From: Bacilli bacterium | Lineage (GTDB): Bacteria; Bacillota_I; Bacilli_A; RF39; UBA660 | Reading direction: 5' to 3' | Length of the DNA: 64,000 nucleotides | Assembly: GCA_030602345.1 (NCBI GenBank) | Contig: JAUVZX010000001.1 | Location: forward strand, 131,251-195,250 | In this document: positions 19,648 through 28,015 of the stretch, one piece after another | Layout: each line of letters starts with the position of its first letter | Position numbering within the stretch: the first letter of the stretch is position 1 | Program-made: the position numbers and the translations under genes | Notes under the pieces: generated by a model | What the model was told of the DNA's origin: nothing | Database searches by the model: none | The model's input: the letters and a program-made list of their open reading frames with translations, nothing else

Positions 19648-20619
19648 TTAAATTAGGTGTTTTCTAGTAAAGACTCCAACATGATCTATAGTATAAACAC
19701 ATATTTTAGCTATTCCTGTTACTTTAATAAATCCTAAGCCTGATATGACTATGTCTTCATTATTTACTTCTAAGCATAGTTCTTTCATGTGATAAGTATC
19801 TGGTTTTTTGTATAATCTTTTTATTTTTAAGTTATTACTTATAAATAAATTAATATCTACTTTTTCACACTCAATCATTACTAAGTTTTCAATTACAAAA
19901 TATTGTTTTTCTTTTACCTGATATGTAATTGGTCTTACTGTATTACTAGGTATTATTTTTTTTAATGTTTTAATGTCGATATAGTTTTCTATATCATCAT
20001 AGTCTAGTAATCCTGGAGTATCATTTAAAATTAATTCTTCATTTAATTTTACTTGAATTAAATCTAGAGTAGTTGCTGCAATCATGCTAGTAGTTACTTC
20101 ATAATTTTCATCACTATAATTATAAACTAGTTTATTTATTAGAGTACTTTTACCAGCATTTGTATATCCAACTATATAAACATTTTTACTCTTTTTATGA
20201 TTGTTGATTGCTTCATATAGTTGATCAAAGTTAGTATTTTTTTTACTACTTACTAATACTATTTCTTTAAAATAATTATCAAAGTATTCAATAAATTTTT
20301 GATCATATATATCTTTAGCAAATAAATCTCTTTTGTTTAAAACTAATATTTTATCATTTTTAATTGATGATACTAATTTTTCTAAGTCTCTTGGAATATT
20401 AAATAAGTCAACTACTATTAAGACTAAGTCATTACTAATATCTATTTTTTTTAGAATCGATAATAATTCTTCATCACTTTTTATTCCTGGTGTATATTCA
20501 CTATAATGTTTTATTCTAAAGCATCTTTCACAAAGGTTACTGTTTTCTTTGAAAAAACCAAAGTTTTCTTTTGATTCTTGTTGTAACAATGCTCCACATC
20601 CTGGACATTTATTATTCAT
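19648..20619 (-). CDS. yqeH: Ribosome biogenesis GTPase YqeH
   Basis: N-terminal Zn-ribbon CPGCG…CERCF and a circularly permuted GTPase (…GYTNAGKSTLINKL…DTPG). Confidence 0.85.
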   Translation of the reverse strand: MNNKCPGCGALLQQESKENFGFFKENSNLCERCFRIKHYSEYTPGIKSDEELLSILKKIDISNDLVLIVVDLFNIPRDLEKLVSSIKNDKILVLNKRDLFAKDIYDQKFIEYFDNYFKEIVLVSSKKNTNFDQLYEAINNHKKSKNVYIVGYTNAGKSTLINKLVYNYSDENYEVTTSMIAATTLDLIQVKLNEELILNDTPGLLDYDDIENYIDIKTLKKIIPSNTVRPITYQVKEKQYFVIENLVMIECEKVDINLFISNNLKIKRLYKKPDTYHMKELCLEVNNEDIVISGLGFIKVTGIAKICVYTIDHVGVFTRKHLI

Positions 20620-21133
20620 AGTATCTACCTTTTTTGAATAGATCTTTTTTAGATAGTTTATTAATAATTCTTCTTTCTAAGAATCGATAAAATCTAGTAT
20701 AAACTCCGTCTGTAACACTGACAGGATTAACTAAAATAGTGGTTATTCCTACTTTGTTTCCTCCAAGAATGTCAGTCATTAATTGATCTCCAATTATTGC
20801 TACTTCGGATAATTCATATTCAAACATATCGATTACTTTTAAAAATTTCTTTTTAAATGGTTTCATCGATAAATAAGAACTATCTACATTTAGTATTTCT
20901 TTAAATGGTTTAATTCTTTCTTTTCGAGCATTAGAAAAGATAATTACTTTAAAACCCATTTCTTGTAATTCTTGAAATAATTCTTTATTTTTAATAGTTG
21001 GTTCTTTAATAGAATGAGGTACTAAAGTATTGTCTAAATCAAATAATAAACATTTAATTCCTCTTAACCAAAGATTAGAATAATCAATTGTATATATACT
21101 TTTTTGATACATATCAGGTATAAATTTTTCCAT
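20612..21133 (-). CDS. yqeG: YqeG family HAD phosphatase
   Basis: HAD motif (LLFDLDNTL) in the position upstream of yqeH, as in B. subtilis. Confidence 0.75.
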   Translation of the reverse strand: MEKFIPDMYQKSIYTIDYSNLWLRGIKCLLFDLDNTLVPHSIKEPTIKNKELFQELQEMGFKVIIFSNARKERIKPFKEILNVDSSYLSMKPFKKKFLKVIDMFEYELSEVAIIGDQLMTDILGGNKVGITTILVNPVSVTDGVYTRFYRFLERRIINKLSKKDLFKKGRYYE

Positions 21134-21165
21134 AATTTCTCCTCTTTAATATTTTAGCATATTTA

Positions 21166-21190
21166 ACTAAAATAAAAAAGAACCGAAGTT
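21166..21190 (-). terminator. Rho-independent terminator downstream of the fic-like gene
   Basis: aagaac-ttcg-gttctt hairpin followed by a T-run on the minus strand. Confidence 0.5.
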
Positions 21191-21191
21191 C

Positions 21192-21830
21192 TTATTTAAC
21201 CTTGTTTTTGTTTAAATTAGTACTATTTTCTAATTCTTTGATATAAAATTCATTTATTGAAGAATAATCTTTAAAATTAATAGCACTTCTCAAAGCTTCT
21301 ATATATTCTTCTCTTTTTTCATTTAGATTAATATTTAACATAGGTAATTTAGCTTTACTAAAATATATATTCATAAAAGCTTGGGTAATTCTTTTATTAC
21401 CATCCATGAAAGGGTGGCATCTAAATATATCGACTGATAATTTGATTACTTCTTCAATATAAAGTTCTATATCATTTATTTCTTTTTTAAATAGTTCCAT
21501 TGCTCTTTTATTTAAATCATTGTTTAAATAAGAAGTTATTTCTCTATAATCTAATAAATCAATATCTAAGTCTTGTAAGTATGATGGTGCTGTTCGATAG
21601 CTATAGTCCACATTACTATTATAGAATTTATATAATCTTTTATGTAATAGTCCTAAAGTAAAAATACTTAAATTATTATAATTATGTTTTTGTAAAACAA
21701 AATCATACATATTTAGTTGGCCTTGATATTCTTCATGATTTGCATATGTTAAATCATTTAAAGATAATAAATAATCTTCTTTATAGCTCTCATAATTAAC
21801 TGTTTCTTGAAAGTTTTTTATTAATTCCAT
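21192..21830 (-). CDS. Fic/DOC family protein with degenerate active-site motif
   Basis: HPFMDGNKRITQAF matches the Fic motif HPFx(D/E)GNGRxxR, but with G to K and the final R to Q. Confidence 0.65.
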   Translation of the reverse strand: MELIKNFQETVNYESYKEDYLLSLNDLTYANHEEYQGQLNMYDFVLQKHNYNNLSIFTLGLLHKRLYKFYNSNVDYSYRTAPSYLQDLDIDLLDYREITSYLNNDLNKRAMELFKKEINDIELYIEEVIKLSVDIFRCHPFMDGNKRITQAFMNIYFSKAKLPMLNINLNEKREEYIEALRSAINFKDYSSINEFYIKELENSTNLNKNKVK

Positions 21831-22338
21831 TTTCTACCTCGAATGTATATTCTAATATTTGATCTAGTCTATCAATAACTAAGAAGCCTTTGTCTTCTAA
21901 TTCAGTATTAAATCTTATGCCTAATCCACCTTTTTCTTCCCACTGTTCAGTGTTTTGAGAAAAATCATCGATTAAAATAGCATCTTTAGGATTAACCATT
22001 TCGGCTTTAGAAATGCCTTTAGGTACTGCTATTATTTTAATATCATGTCCTAAGTTTTTTCTAATTGCATATACTTTGTGTTCTATTTCATGTAATGAAT
22101 GGACGTGAGTTAAGATATGAACATTAAATCTTTTACTGCGAATGATTTTTCTAATACAACTATATGATTCATTAATTTCTTTAGTTACTTCAATAATATG
22201 TTTCCAATCTAAGTTCTTATAAAAGAGCTTAGTATTATTGTCATCAGTAGTATCAATATTAGCCTGTTTCATTATATCATATGTGGTAGTGATTGTGTCT
22301 AGGATGACACCGTCAAAATCTATATATAAATCAATCAT
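21796..22338 (-). CDS. HAD-superfamily 5'(3')-deoxyribonucleotidase-like protein
   Basis: N-terminal DFDGVILDT (DxDxV/T) HAD motif of NT5C-like size. It overlaps the fic-like gene by 35 nt. Confidence 0.55.
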   Translation of the reverse strand: MIDLYIDFDGVILDTITTTYDIMKQANIDTTDDNNTKLFYKNLDWKHIIEVTKEINESYSCIRKIIRSKRFNVHILTHVHSLHEIEHKVYAIRKNLGHDIKIIAVPKGISKAEMVNPKDAILIDDFSQNTEQWEEKGGLGIRFNTELEDKGFLVIDRLDQILEYTFEVENGINKKLSRNS

Positions 22339-22407
22339 ATTTCACCTATATTTTTCTGTGAGAAATATTATAGCATCAAAACAAAAAAATAACAATTTCT
22401 TGTTATT

Positions 22408-22965
22408 TTATGCTCTAGAATCATATTTTCCGTCTTTTGTTGAGACTAAAATCATTTCACCTTCATCGATAAACATTGGTACTTTTACAACCATTCCCGT
22501 TTCTAAAGTAACTTCTTTAGTAACATTACTTGTTGTATTACCTTTAACGGCAGGTTCACTTACGATTACTTTATACGCTATTTTATCAGGTAATATTACA
22601 TCTAGTAATTCCCCTTCATAAAAAGCAAGTTCTACATCTAAACCTTCTTTTAAAAATTCAGCACTGTCTTTTAAATCTTTTTCTGAAACTTCTATTTGTT
22701 CATATGTTTCCATATTCATAAAATTATAAGATTCTCCAGTTTTATATAAAAATTGCATAGCATCTTTTTCTATATTAGCTTTTTCAAATTTAATATTAGT
22801 ATTGAATGTTTCTTCAATAGTTGATTTAGTTCTTAAGTTTTTTAATTTAATTCTAACAAAAGCAGGACCTTTTCCCGGTTTAACGTGTTGGAACTCTACT
22901 ATTAAGAAAATATTATTATCTATTTTAATAGTCATTCCATTTTTAATATCGTTTATATTAACCAT
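22408..22965 (-). CDS. efp: Elongation factor P
   Basis: 185 aa EF-P (…IKIDNNIFLIVEFQHVKPGKGPAFVRIKLKNL…). Confidence 0.92.
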   Translation of the reverse strand: MVNINDIKNGMTIKIDNNIFLIVEFQHVKPGKGPAFVRIKLKNLRTKSTIEETFNTNIKFEKANIEKDAMQFLYKTGESYNFMNMETYEQIEVSEKDLKDSAEFLKEGLDVELAFYEGELLDVILPDKIAYKVIVSEPAVKGNTTSNVTKEVTLETGMVVKVPMFIDEGEMILVSTKDGKYDSRA

Positions 22966-22982
22966 AAGTCACTCTCTCTTTA

Positions 22983-23150
22983 TTATTTTTTCTCTTTATG
23001 AGCAGTTGTTTTTCTACATGTCGAACAAAACTTGTTTAATTCTAAACGATCTGTAGTATTTTTTTTATTTTTTTCAGTACGATAGTTTTCACTTTTGCAT
23101 TCTACACAAGCAAGAGTTATTCTTTCTCTGTTTTCACCTTTTTTAGCCAT
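22983..23150 (-). CDS. rpmG: 50S ribosomal protein L33
   Basis: The minus strand translates to [55 protein letters not shown], 55 aa with an L33 Cys4 zinc ribbon. An RBS GGAGG lies upstream. It is below the ORF-track size cutoff. Confidence 0.8.
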   Translation of the reverse strand: MAKKGENRERITLACVECKSENYRTEKNKKNTTDRLELNKFCSTCRKTTAHKEKK

Positions 23151-23191
23151 AATATCCTCCGTTTCTTTAAGACACTTAACATTATATCAAA

Positions 23192-25237
23192 TTATGGGTA
23201 AATAGCAAAGAATTTTTCAGAAATTTGTCTAGCAATTCTTCGATCTACATTTGAAATATAATTTCCTCCTGGGATAGACACATCAGGAACGACAACTACT
23301 AAAGACATTCTTGGATTATCAAAAGGGGCATATGCTCCTAAAGTACGAGAAATAGTCTCAGTATCTATCTTACCATCACCATTTGTATCTTTAAACGATT
23401 GACTAGTTCCTGTTTTACCCGCGGGTTCATAAATTGGATAAACTGCATTATAACCAGTTCCCCCAACTTCAAAGACAGCTCTAAAACTATCTCTTAAACG
23501 ATCCATATATTGTTCTTCAGTATTAACCTTATTAAGTATACTAGGTTCTTTACTATAAACTAAATTACCATCTTTAAAACCACTCATAACTAAATAAGGA
23601 GCATACCTGTTTCCAGAAGCTGCAATAGTATTTATATATTGCGATAATTGAATTGGTGTATATGTGTCATACTGACCAATTGAAAAATCTAATAATAACC
23701 CAGCAACTCTACTAGTACCAAAATAACCTAACCTCTCATTTGGTAAATCTATCCCCGTATGGACACCTAAACCAAATTCCTTAAAAGTATCTCTATATAT
23801 GTCAAACGCCTTTGTATCGACCTTTAAAGGTCCATTATAGACGTATTTAGCACCTCCCACTAACATAGCAGTATGAAACTGATATGTATTAGAAGAAACG
23901 GCCATTGCTTTTTTATCATCGACATCACCATAATATCTAAAAGAACACTTTAAAGGAGTAGCAGCTATCTTAATACAAGCATCATTTCTAACATCTCCTA
24001 TTTTTAAAACGCCAGTATTATAACCCACTATTTGACTAGCACCCTTTACAATTGAACCAGGTACTACTGAATTACTATAAACTCCAGGAGTAGCATCGAA
24101 AACAACATATTTACCATCTACTAAACGAACTTCTTTACCAGCCATAGCAAGTATCTCTCCTGTCATAGGATCAGATACAATTGCATAAGCCCTTTCTAGT
24201 TCCTTAGTATTTCTTTCACCCTTAGCAGCCAATAAATCTTTTTCTAAAACTGACTCTACATAAGCTTGAAGCTCTATATCAATCGTTAAATATAAATCCG
24301 TTCCACGCGAACCAGAACTATATAAAGAAATATTACTACCTCTTCTTAAATATTCATTCTTCTTACCCATCAATAAACTTTCATACTGAAACTCTATCCC
24401 TGATAACCCAACTCTATCATTAAGACGATAACCCAAAGACAAAAAATAATCTTTATGCTCAAGAGGAATACCCTGAGTACTAGTTGAAACACTGCCTAAA
24501 ATACTTCTTCCAACACTACCATAAGGATAAAAACGATTCCAATCAACTGATACATTAAACCCCGTTAATAAATGAAGATTCTCTGCTACTAAAGCATACT
24601 CATAATCACTAACATTACCCCTTTTAATTACCTTATCAGAATAACTATAACCAACATTCATCAAATAATAAATATAAGCAGCCTCTTTATCAACTAAAGT
24701 ATACTCAGCCAAATCCAAATCAGTAATTCTACTTCTCCTTAAACGATCAATATCAGTCATCGTTAACTTACGATGAGACAAAGCCTCCCATTCTGAAGCA
24801 GTAATCCTAGAATTAGCCTCACTTAAATTTTGCTTTAACCAAAAATCACGAATACTATAATCATTTAATTTACTAAAATCAACATCAATATAAGACCCCA
24901 GTAAATAAGCTAATCTAATCTCCTCTAAAGCAGATAAACCACTCTTACTATAAGAAATTACCTTATCTGCCTCATTACCAACAATTAACACTCCATTTCG
25001 ATCATAAATAAGACCCCTAGGAGCAGTCGATAAAGAAACAATATTACCCGTCAAAAAATTAAGACGATCATCATAATGATCCTTCTTAATAACTTGCAAG
25101 TAAAAAAGATTAAGAAAGACAACAGCAATCAAAGCAATAATAATTATACTTAATATATTATACCTCTTATCTATTACATCCTTAATATTTATAAACTTAT
25201 TAATATGTCTATGATTAAAATTATCTTTCCTCTTCAT
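23192..25237 (-). CDS. Penicillin-binding protein 2 (class B transpeptidase)
   Basis: N-terminal TM helix, a dimerisation domain and a transpeptidase domain with KTGT and SxxK-type motifs. The start was placed at MKRKD to reduce overlap with sodA. Confidence 0.8.
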   Translation of the reverse strand: MKRKDNFNHRHINKFINIKDVIDKRYNILSIIIIALIAVVFLNLFYLQVIKKDHYDDRLNFLTGNIVSLSTAPRGLIYDRNGVLIVGNEADKVISYSKSGLSALEEIRLAYLLGSYIDVDFSKLNDYSIRDFWLKQNLSEANSRITASEWEALSHRKLTMTDIDRLRRSRITDLDLAEYTLVDKEAAYIYYLMNVGYSYSDKVIKRGNVSDYEYALVAENLHLLTGFNVSVDWNRFYPYGSVGRSILGSVSTSTQGIPLEHKDYFLSLGYRLNDRVGLSGIEFQYESLLMGKKNEYLRRGSNISLYSSGSRGTDLYLTIDIELQAYVESVLEKDLLAAKGERNTKELERAYAIVSDPMTGEILAMAGKEVRLVDGKYVVFDATPGVYSNSVVPGSIVKGASQIVGYNTGVLKIGDVRNDACIKIAATPLKCSFRYYGDVDDKKAMAVSSNTYQFHTAMLVGGAKYVYNGPLKVDTKAFDIYRDTFKEFGLGVHTGIDLPNERLGYFGTSRVAGLLLDFSIGQYDTYTPIQLSQYINTIAASGNRYAPYLVMSGFKDGNLVYSKEPSILNKVNTEEQYMDRLRDSFRAVFEVGGTGYNAVYPIYEPAGKTGTSQSFKDTNGDGKIDTETISRTLGAYAPFDNPRMSLVVVVPDVSIPGGNYISNVDRRIARQISEKFFAIYP

Positions 25238-25823
25238 ACAAAGCATTAACCATTGCAAAATCCACTACATCAAAGAAAGCATTAATATAATCAGGCCTTA
25301 CATTACGATACTTAAGATAATAAGCATGCTCCCACAAATCAATCGCAATCAAAGGCTTATAACCCAAAATATATGGATTATCTTGATTCTTCAACTTAAT
25401 CAAATCTAATTCATTATTCTTCATAACTAACATAACCCAACCAGAACCCATCATTGTATTAGCCAAACCAATAAAAGCCTCCTTAAAAGCAGTAAAACTA
25501 CCATACTTAGCATTTATAGCATCTAAAACTAACCCAAAAGGCTCATGATTAGAAGGACCCATAATCTTAAAAAATAAATTATGATTAACTACTCCTCCAT
25601 AATTAAACAAAAATGCCTCACGATCCACTACATCAATAAAATCAATATGATTCACTAACTCAATCAAATCATAATCCTTTGAATAATTATACTTTTCTAA
25701 CAAAGCATTCATCTTATTCAAATAAGCCATATGATGCTTATCATGATGAAGAACCATCGTATCTCTATCAATTACAGGCTCCAAAGCACCATAATCATAC
25801 CTTAAATCATCTATTTTATACAT
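25221..25823 (-). CDS. sodA: Superoxide dismutase (Fe/Mn)
   Basis: Metal ligands and SOD signature (…VLHHDKHHMAYLNKMN…, DLWEHAYYL). Confidence 0.92.
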   Translation of the reverse strand: MYKIDDLRYDYGALEPVIDRDTMVLHHDKHHMAYLNKMNALLEKYNYSKDYDLIELVNHIDFIDVVDREAFLFNYGGVVNHNLFFKIMGPSNHEPFGLVLDAINAKYGSFTAFKEAFIGLANTMMGSGWVMLVMKNNELDLIKLKNQDNPYILGYKPLIAIDLWEHAYYLKYRNVRPDYINAFFDVVDFAMVNALYEEER

Positions 25824-26697
25824 TCTTTACCTCCTCAAGTAAATTAGGATTAAAAACCCTACTCTTAATCATATCTATCTCATGCTTATATGGAGCAAAC
25901 TCCTTATCAACATAAGGACTCTCCAAAATCTTAGGAACATCAACCAACAAAGGATGATATACAATCTTAATCAAACTATCAAAACCAATATAACCAAACC
26001 CAAAATTCTCATGACGATCCTTAGAAGCACCCCTAATATTCTTACTATCATTAATATGAATACACTTCAAATAAGAAAGACCTACTACCCTATCAAACAA
26101 AGCCAATAAACCATCAAAATCACTAACATCATAACCTGCATCATGCATATGACAAGTATCCATACAAACCCCAATATTAGGATATTTAACCAAAGAAATA
26201 ATCTTAGCAATCTCCTCAAAACTACGACCAATCTCCGTACCCTTACCTGCCATTGTCTCCAAAAGAACAACAACAGAAGTTGAACCCAACACCAAATTCA
26301 AAGCATTAGCAATATTAGAAATACCAGTATCTACATCCAAATTAACAAAACTACCAGGATGCAAAACTAAATACTTCATCCCCAATAAAGAACACCTATC
26401 TAACTCAGACTTAAGAAAATCAATCGCAAAACGATAACTCTCCTCCCTCTCATTATTAGCTAAATTAACAATATAAGGAGCATGAACAATAACATTACCA
26501 CGATCTATCCCCACTCTATCCATCAAAGAAAAAGCAGATTCCACTAAAGAAGTAGAAATACTAGACCTCATAGTATTCTGAGGAGCACCAGTATAAAACA
26601 TAAAAGTATTCGCCCCATAACTAATAGCCTCTTCAATACTACCAACCAACTGCTTATCTTTCCCATATCCAACATGAGAACCAATAATCAAACTCAT
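25816..26697 (-). CDS. nfo: Endonuclease IV (deoxyribonuclease IV)
   Basis: 293 aa TIM-barrel AP endonuclease (…VVHAPYIVNLAN…, LVLHPGS, CMDTCHMHDAGYD). Confidence 0.9.
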   Translation of the reverse strand: MSLIIGSHVGYGKDKQLVGSIEEAISYGANTFMFYTGAPQNTMRSSISTSLVESAFSLMDRVGIDRGNVIVHAPYIVNLANNEREESYRFAIDFLKSELDRCSLLGMKYLVLHPGSFVNLDVDTGISNIANALNLVLGSTSVVVLLETMAGKGTEIGRSFEEIAKIISLVKYPNIGVCMDTCHMHDAGYDVSDFDGLLALFDRVVGLSYLKCIHINDSKNIRGASKDRHENFGFGYIGFDSLIKIVYHPLLVDVPKILESPYVDKEFAPYKHEIDMIKSRVFNPNLLEEVKNV

Positions 26698-26738
26698 ATC
26701 TACCTCCTACTACAATTATACTCCATTTAACTCAAAAA

Positions 26739-26762
26739 AAAAAGACAACTAATGTTGTCTTA
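26739..26762 (-). terminator. Intrinsic terminator after pilin gene 26780..27088
   Basis: aagacaac-atta-gttgtctt hairpin followed by a T10 run on the minus strand. Confidence 0.6.
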
Positions 26763-26779
26763 AATTTTGAGTTAATTTA

Positions 26780-27088
26780 CTATCTATTGATGGTTGAAGC
26801 TACACATGTATCAGTATCAAAAACTACTGAAACAAAAGAATAATTTCCTTTGTAATCTAAATCTGCAGCAACTACTGGACTAGTAACTGTTGCGCCTGGA
26901 CTTAAAGTTTTTTGTTCTAAACAATAAACTTCTGCAGCTCTTCTAATTCCATCTTCTGATCTAGCATCTGCTCTTTCTTGTGCAGTTGTAATCATCGCAA
27001 GTGCATTTGGTACTGTAATTAACGCAATGATTGCTAATATAACGATAACTACTAATAATTCTATTAGTGTAAATCCTTTTTTATTCAT
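26780..27088 (-). CDS. Type IV major pilin-like protein (ComGC-sized), paralog 1
   Basis: MNKKGFTLIELLVVIVILAIIALITVPNALAMI is a class III signal. 102 aa. Confidence 0.75.
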   Translation of the reverse strand: MNKKGFTLIELLVVIVILAIIALITVPNALAMITTAQERADARSEDGIRRAAEVYCLEQKTLSPGATVTSPVVAADLDYKGNYSFVSVVFDTDTCVASTINR

Positions 27089-27117
27089 ATTATATTTTCT
27101 CCTTTATTTTTTTGAGT

Positions 27118-27459
27118 TTATGGCATTGTTGTTAATGCTGTCGCTGTACATGAAGCATTAAACGAAAAACCAACTACAGGAAAACCATCAGCAGTTTTCA
27201 ATGTTGTACCGGTTTTAATTAGAGTCCCTAATCCTGCAACAGTAACTGGCCCTGGAGTAGCGAAGGTTGCTGATCCTGTTTTTTCTCTCATACAATAAAC
27301 TTCTGCAGCTCTTAATGCACCTTCTAATGATCTAGCATCTGCTCTTTCTTGAGAAGTTGCAATCATTGCTAATGCATTAGGCACTGTGATTAATGCGATG
27401 ATTGCTAAAATAACGATAACAACCAATAATTCGATTAATGTGAAACCTTTTTTGTTCAT
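27118..27459 (-). CDS. Type IV major pilin-like protein, paralog 2
   Basis: Same conserved N-terminal ~55 aa and a divergent C-terminal half. 113 aa. Confidence 0.75.
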   Translation of the reverse strand: MNKKGFTLIELLVVIVILAIIALITVPNALAMIATSQERADARSLEGALRAAEVYCMREKTGSATFATPGPVTVAGLGTLIKTGTTLKTADGFPVVGFSFNASCTATALTTMP

Positions 27460-27595
27460 TTTTTTCCCTATCCTTTCTATGTTTTAAATATATCATTTTA
27501 GGGGGTGCTAGTCAAGAGTAATTTTGTAAAAGTATGGGCAAAAAACGGATAGGCATTATAATATAAGGTTTATATTTATGTAAACTTTTTTTGTT

Positions 27596-27922
27596 TTATT
27601 CTGGTATTACGAAATTAGGTGCACATGTATCTTGATTGAATTCTATATGGTCTTGTCCATCAAGATGATCTGGTACTGCTTTTATAAAATTAGGAACTAA
27701 ATTGTTCATGCTTACTGCGATAATCGGTGCGGTACCTTTTAGTTTTTCAGTCATGCAATATAATTCCGCGGCTCTTAAGATTCCGTCTTCAGATCTTGCA
27801 TTTGCTCTTTCTTGAGCTGTTGCAATCATTGCTAATGCATTTGGTACTGTGATAAGAGCTATGATTGCCAATATAACGATAACTACTAGTAATTCTATTA
27901 GCGTAAATCCTTTGTTTTTCAT
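27596..27922 (-). CDS. Type IV major pilin-like protein, paralog 3
   Basis: MKNKGFTLIELLVVIVILAIIALITVPNALAMIATAQER. 108 aa with a divergent C-terminus. Confidence 0.75.
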   Translation of the reverse strand: MKNKGFTLIELLVVIVILAIIALITVPNALAMIATAQERANARSEDGILRAAELYCMTEKLKGTAPIIAVSMNNLVPNFIKAVPDHLDGQDHIEFNQDTCAPNFVIPE

Positions 27923-27971
27923 GGCTACTCCTTTCCTATTATATTTTTATATTACTACGTTTTTTATAAAA

Positions 27972-28000
27972 AAATAAGAAAAACATGGTTTTTCTTATTT
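27972..28000 (-). terminator. Intrinsic terminator after LamG-pilin gene
   Basis: aagaaaaac-catg-tttttctt hairpin followed by a T-run on the minus strand. Confidence 0.55.
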
Positions 28001-28015
28001 TGGTTTACACTTTTG

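Larger units (their letters stand above)
16518..19650 (-). repeat. Tandem triplication of a pilin-like gene cassette with repeated intergenic terminator/promoter unit
   Basis: Three consecutive genes share ~450 nt of near-identical 5' coding sequence. They also share an identical ~55 nt upstream unit (hairpin aagaattgttattcaattctt, then TGTTATACT, then RBS AGGTAGGGG) at 17596-17641, 18568-18613 and 19598-19647. Confidence 0.8.

Noticed and set aside
26085-26273. 62 aa and 61 aa alternate-frame ORFs inside nfo and inside the Gly-rich gene (33574..33759)
   Set aside because: They are same-strand out-of-frame ORFs within conserved genes. The compositions (Leu/Val/Arg runs) reflect codon-shifted translation, not proteins.
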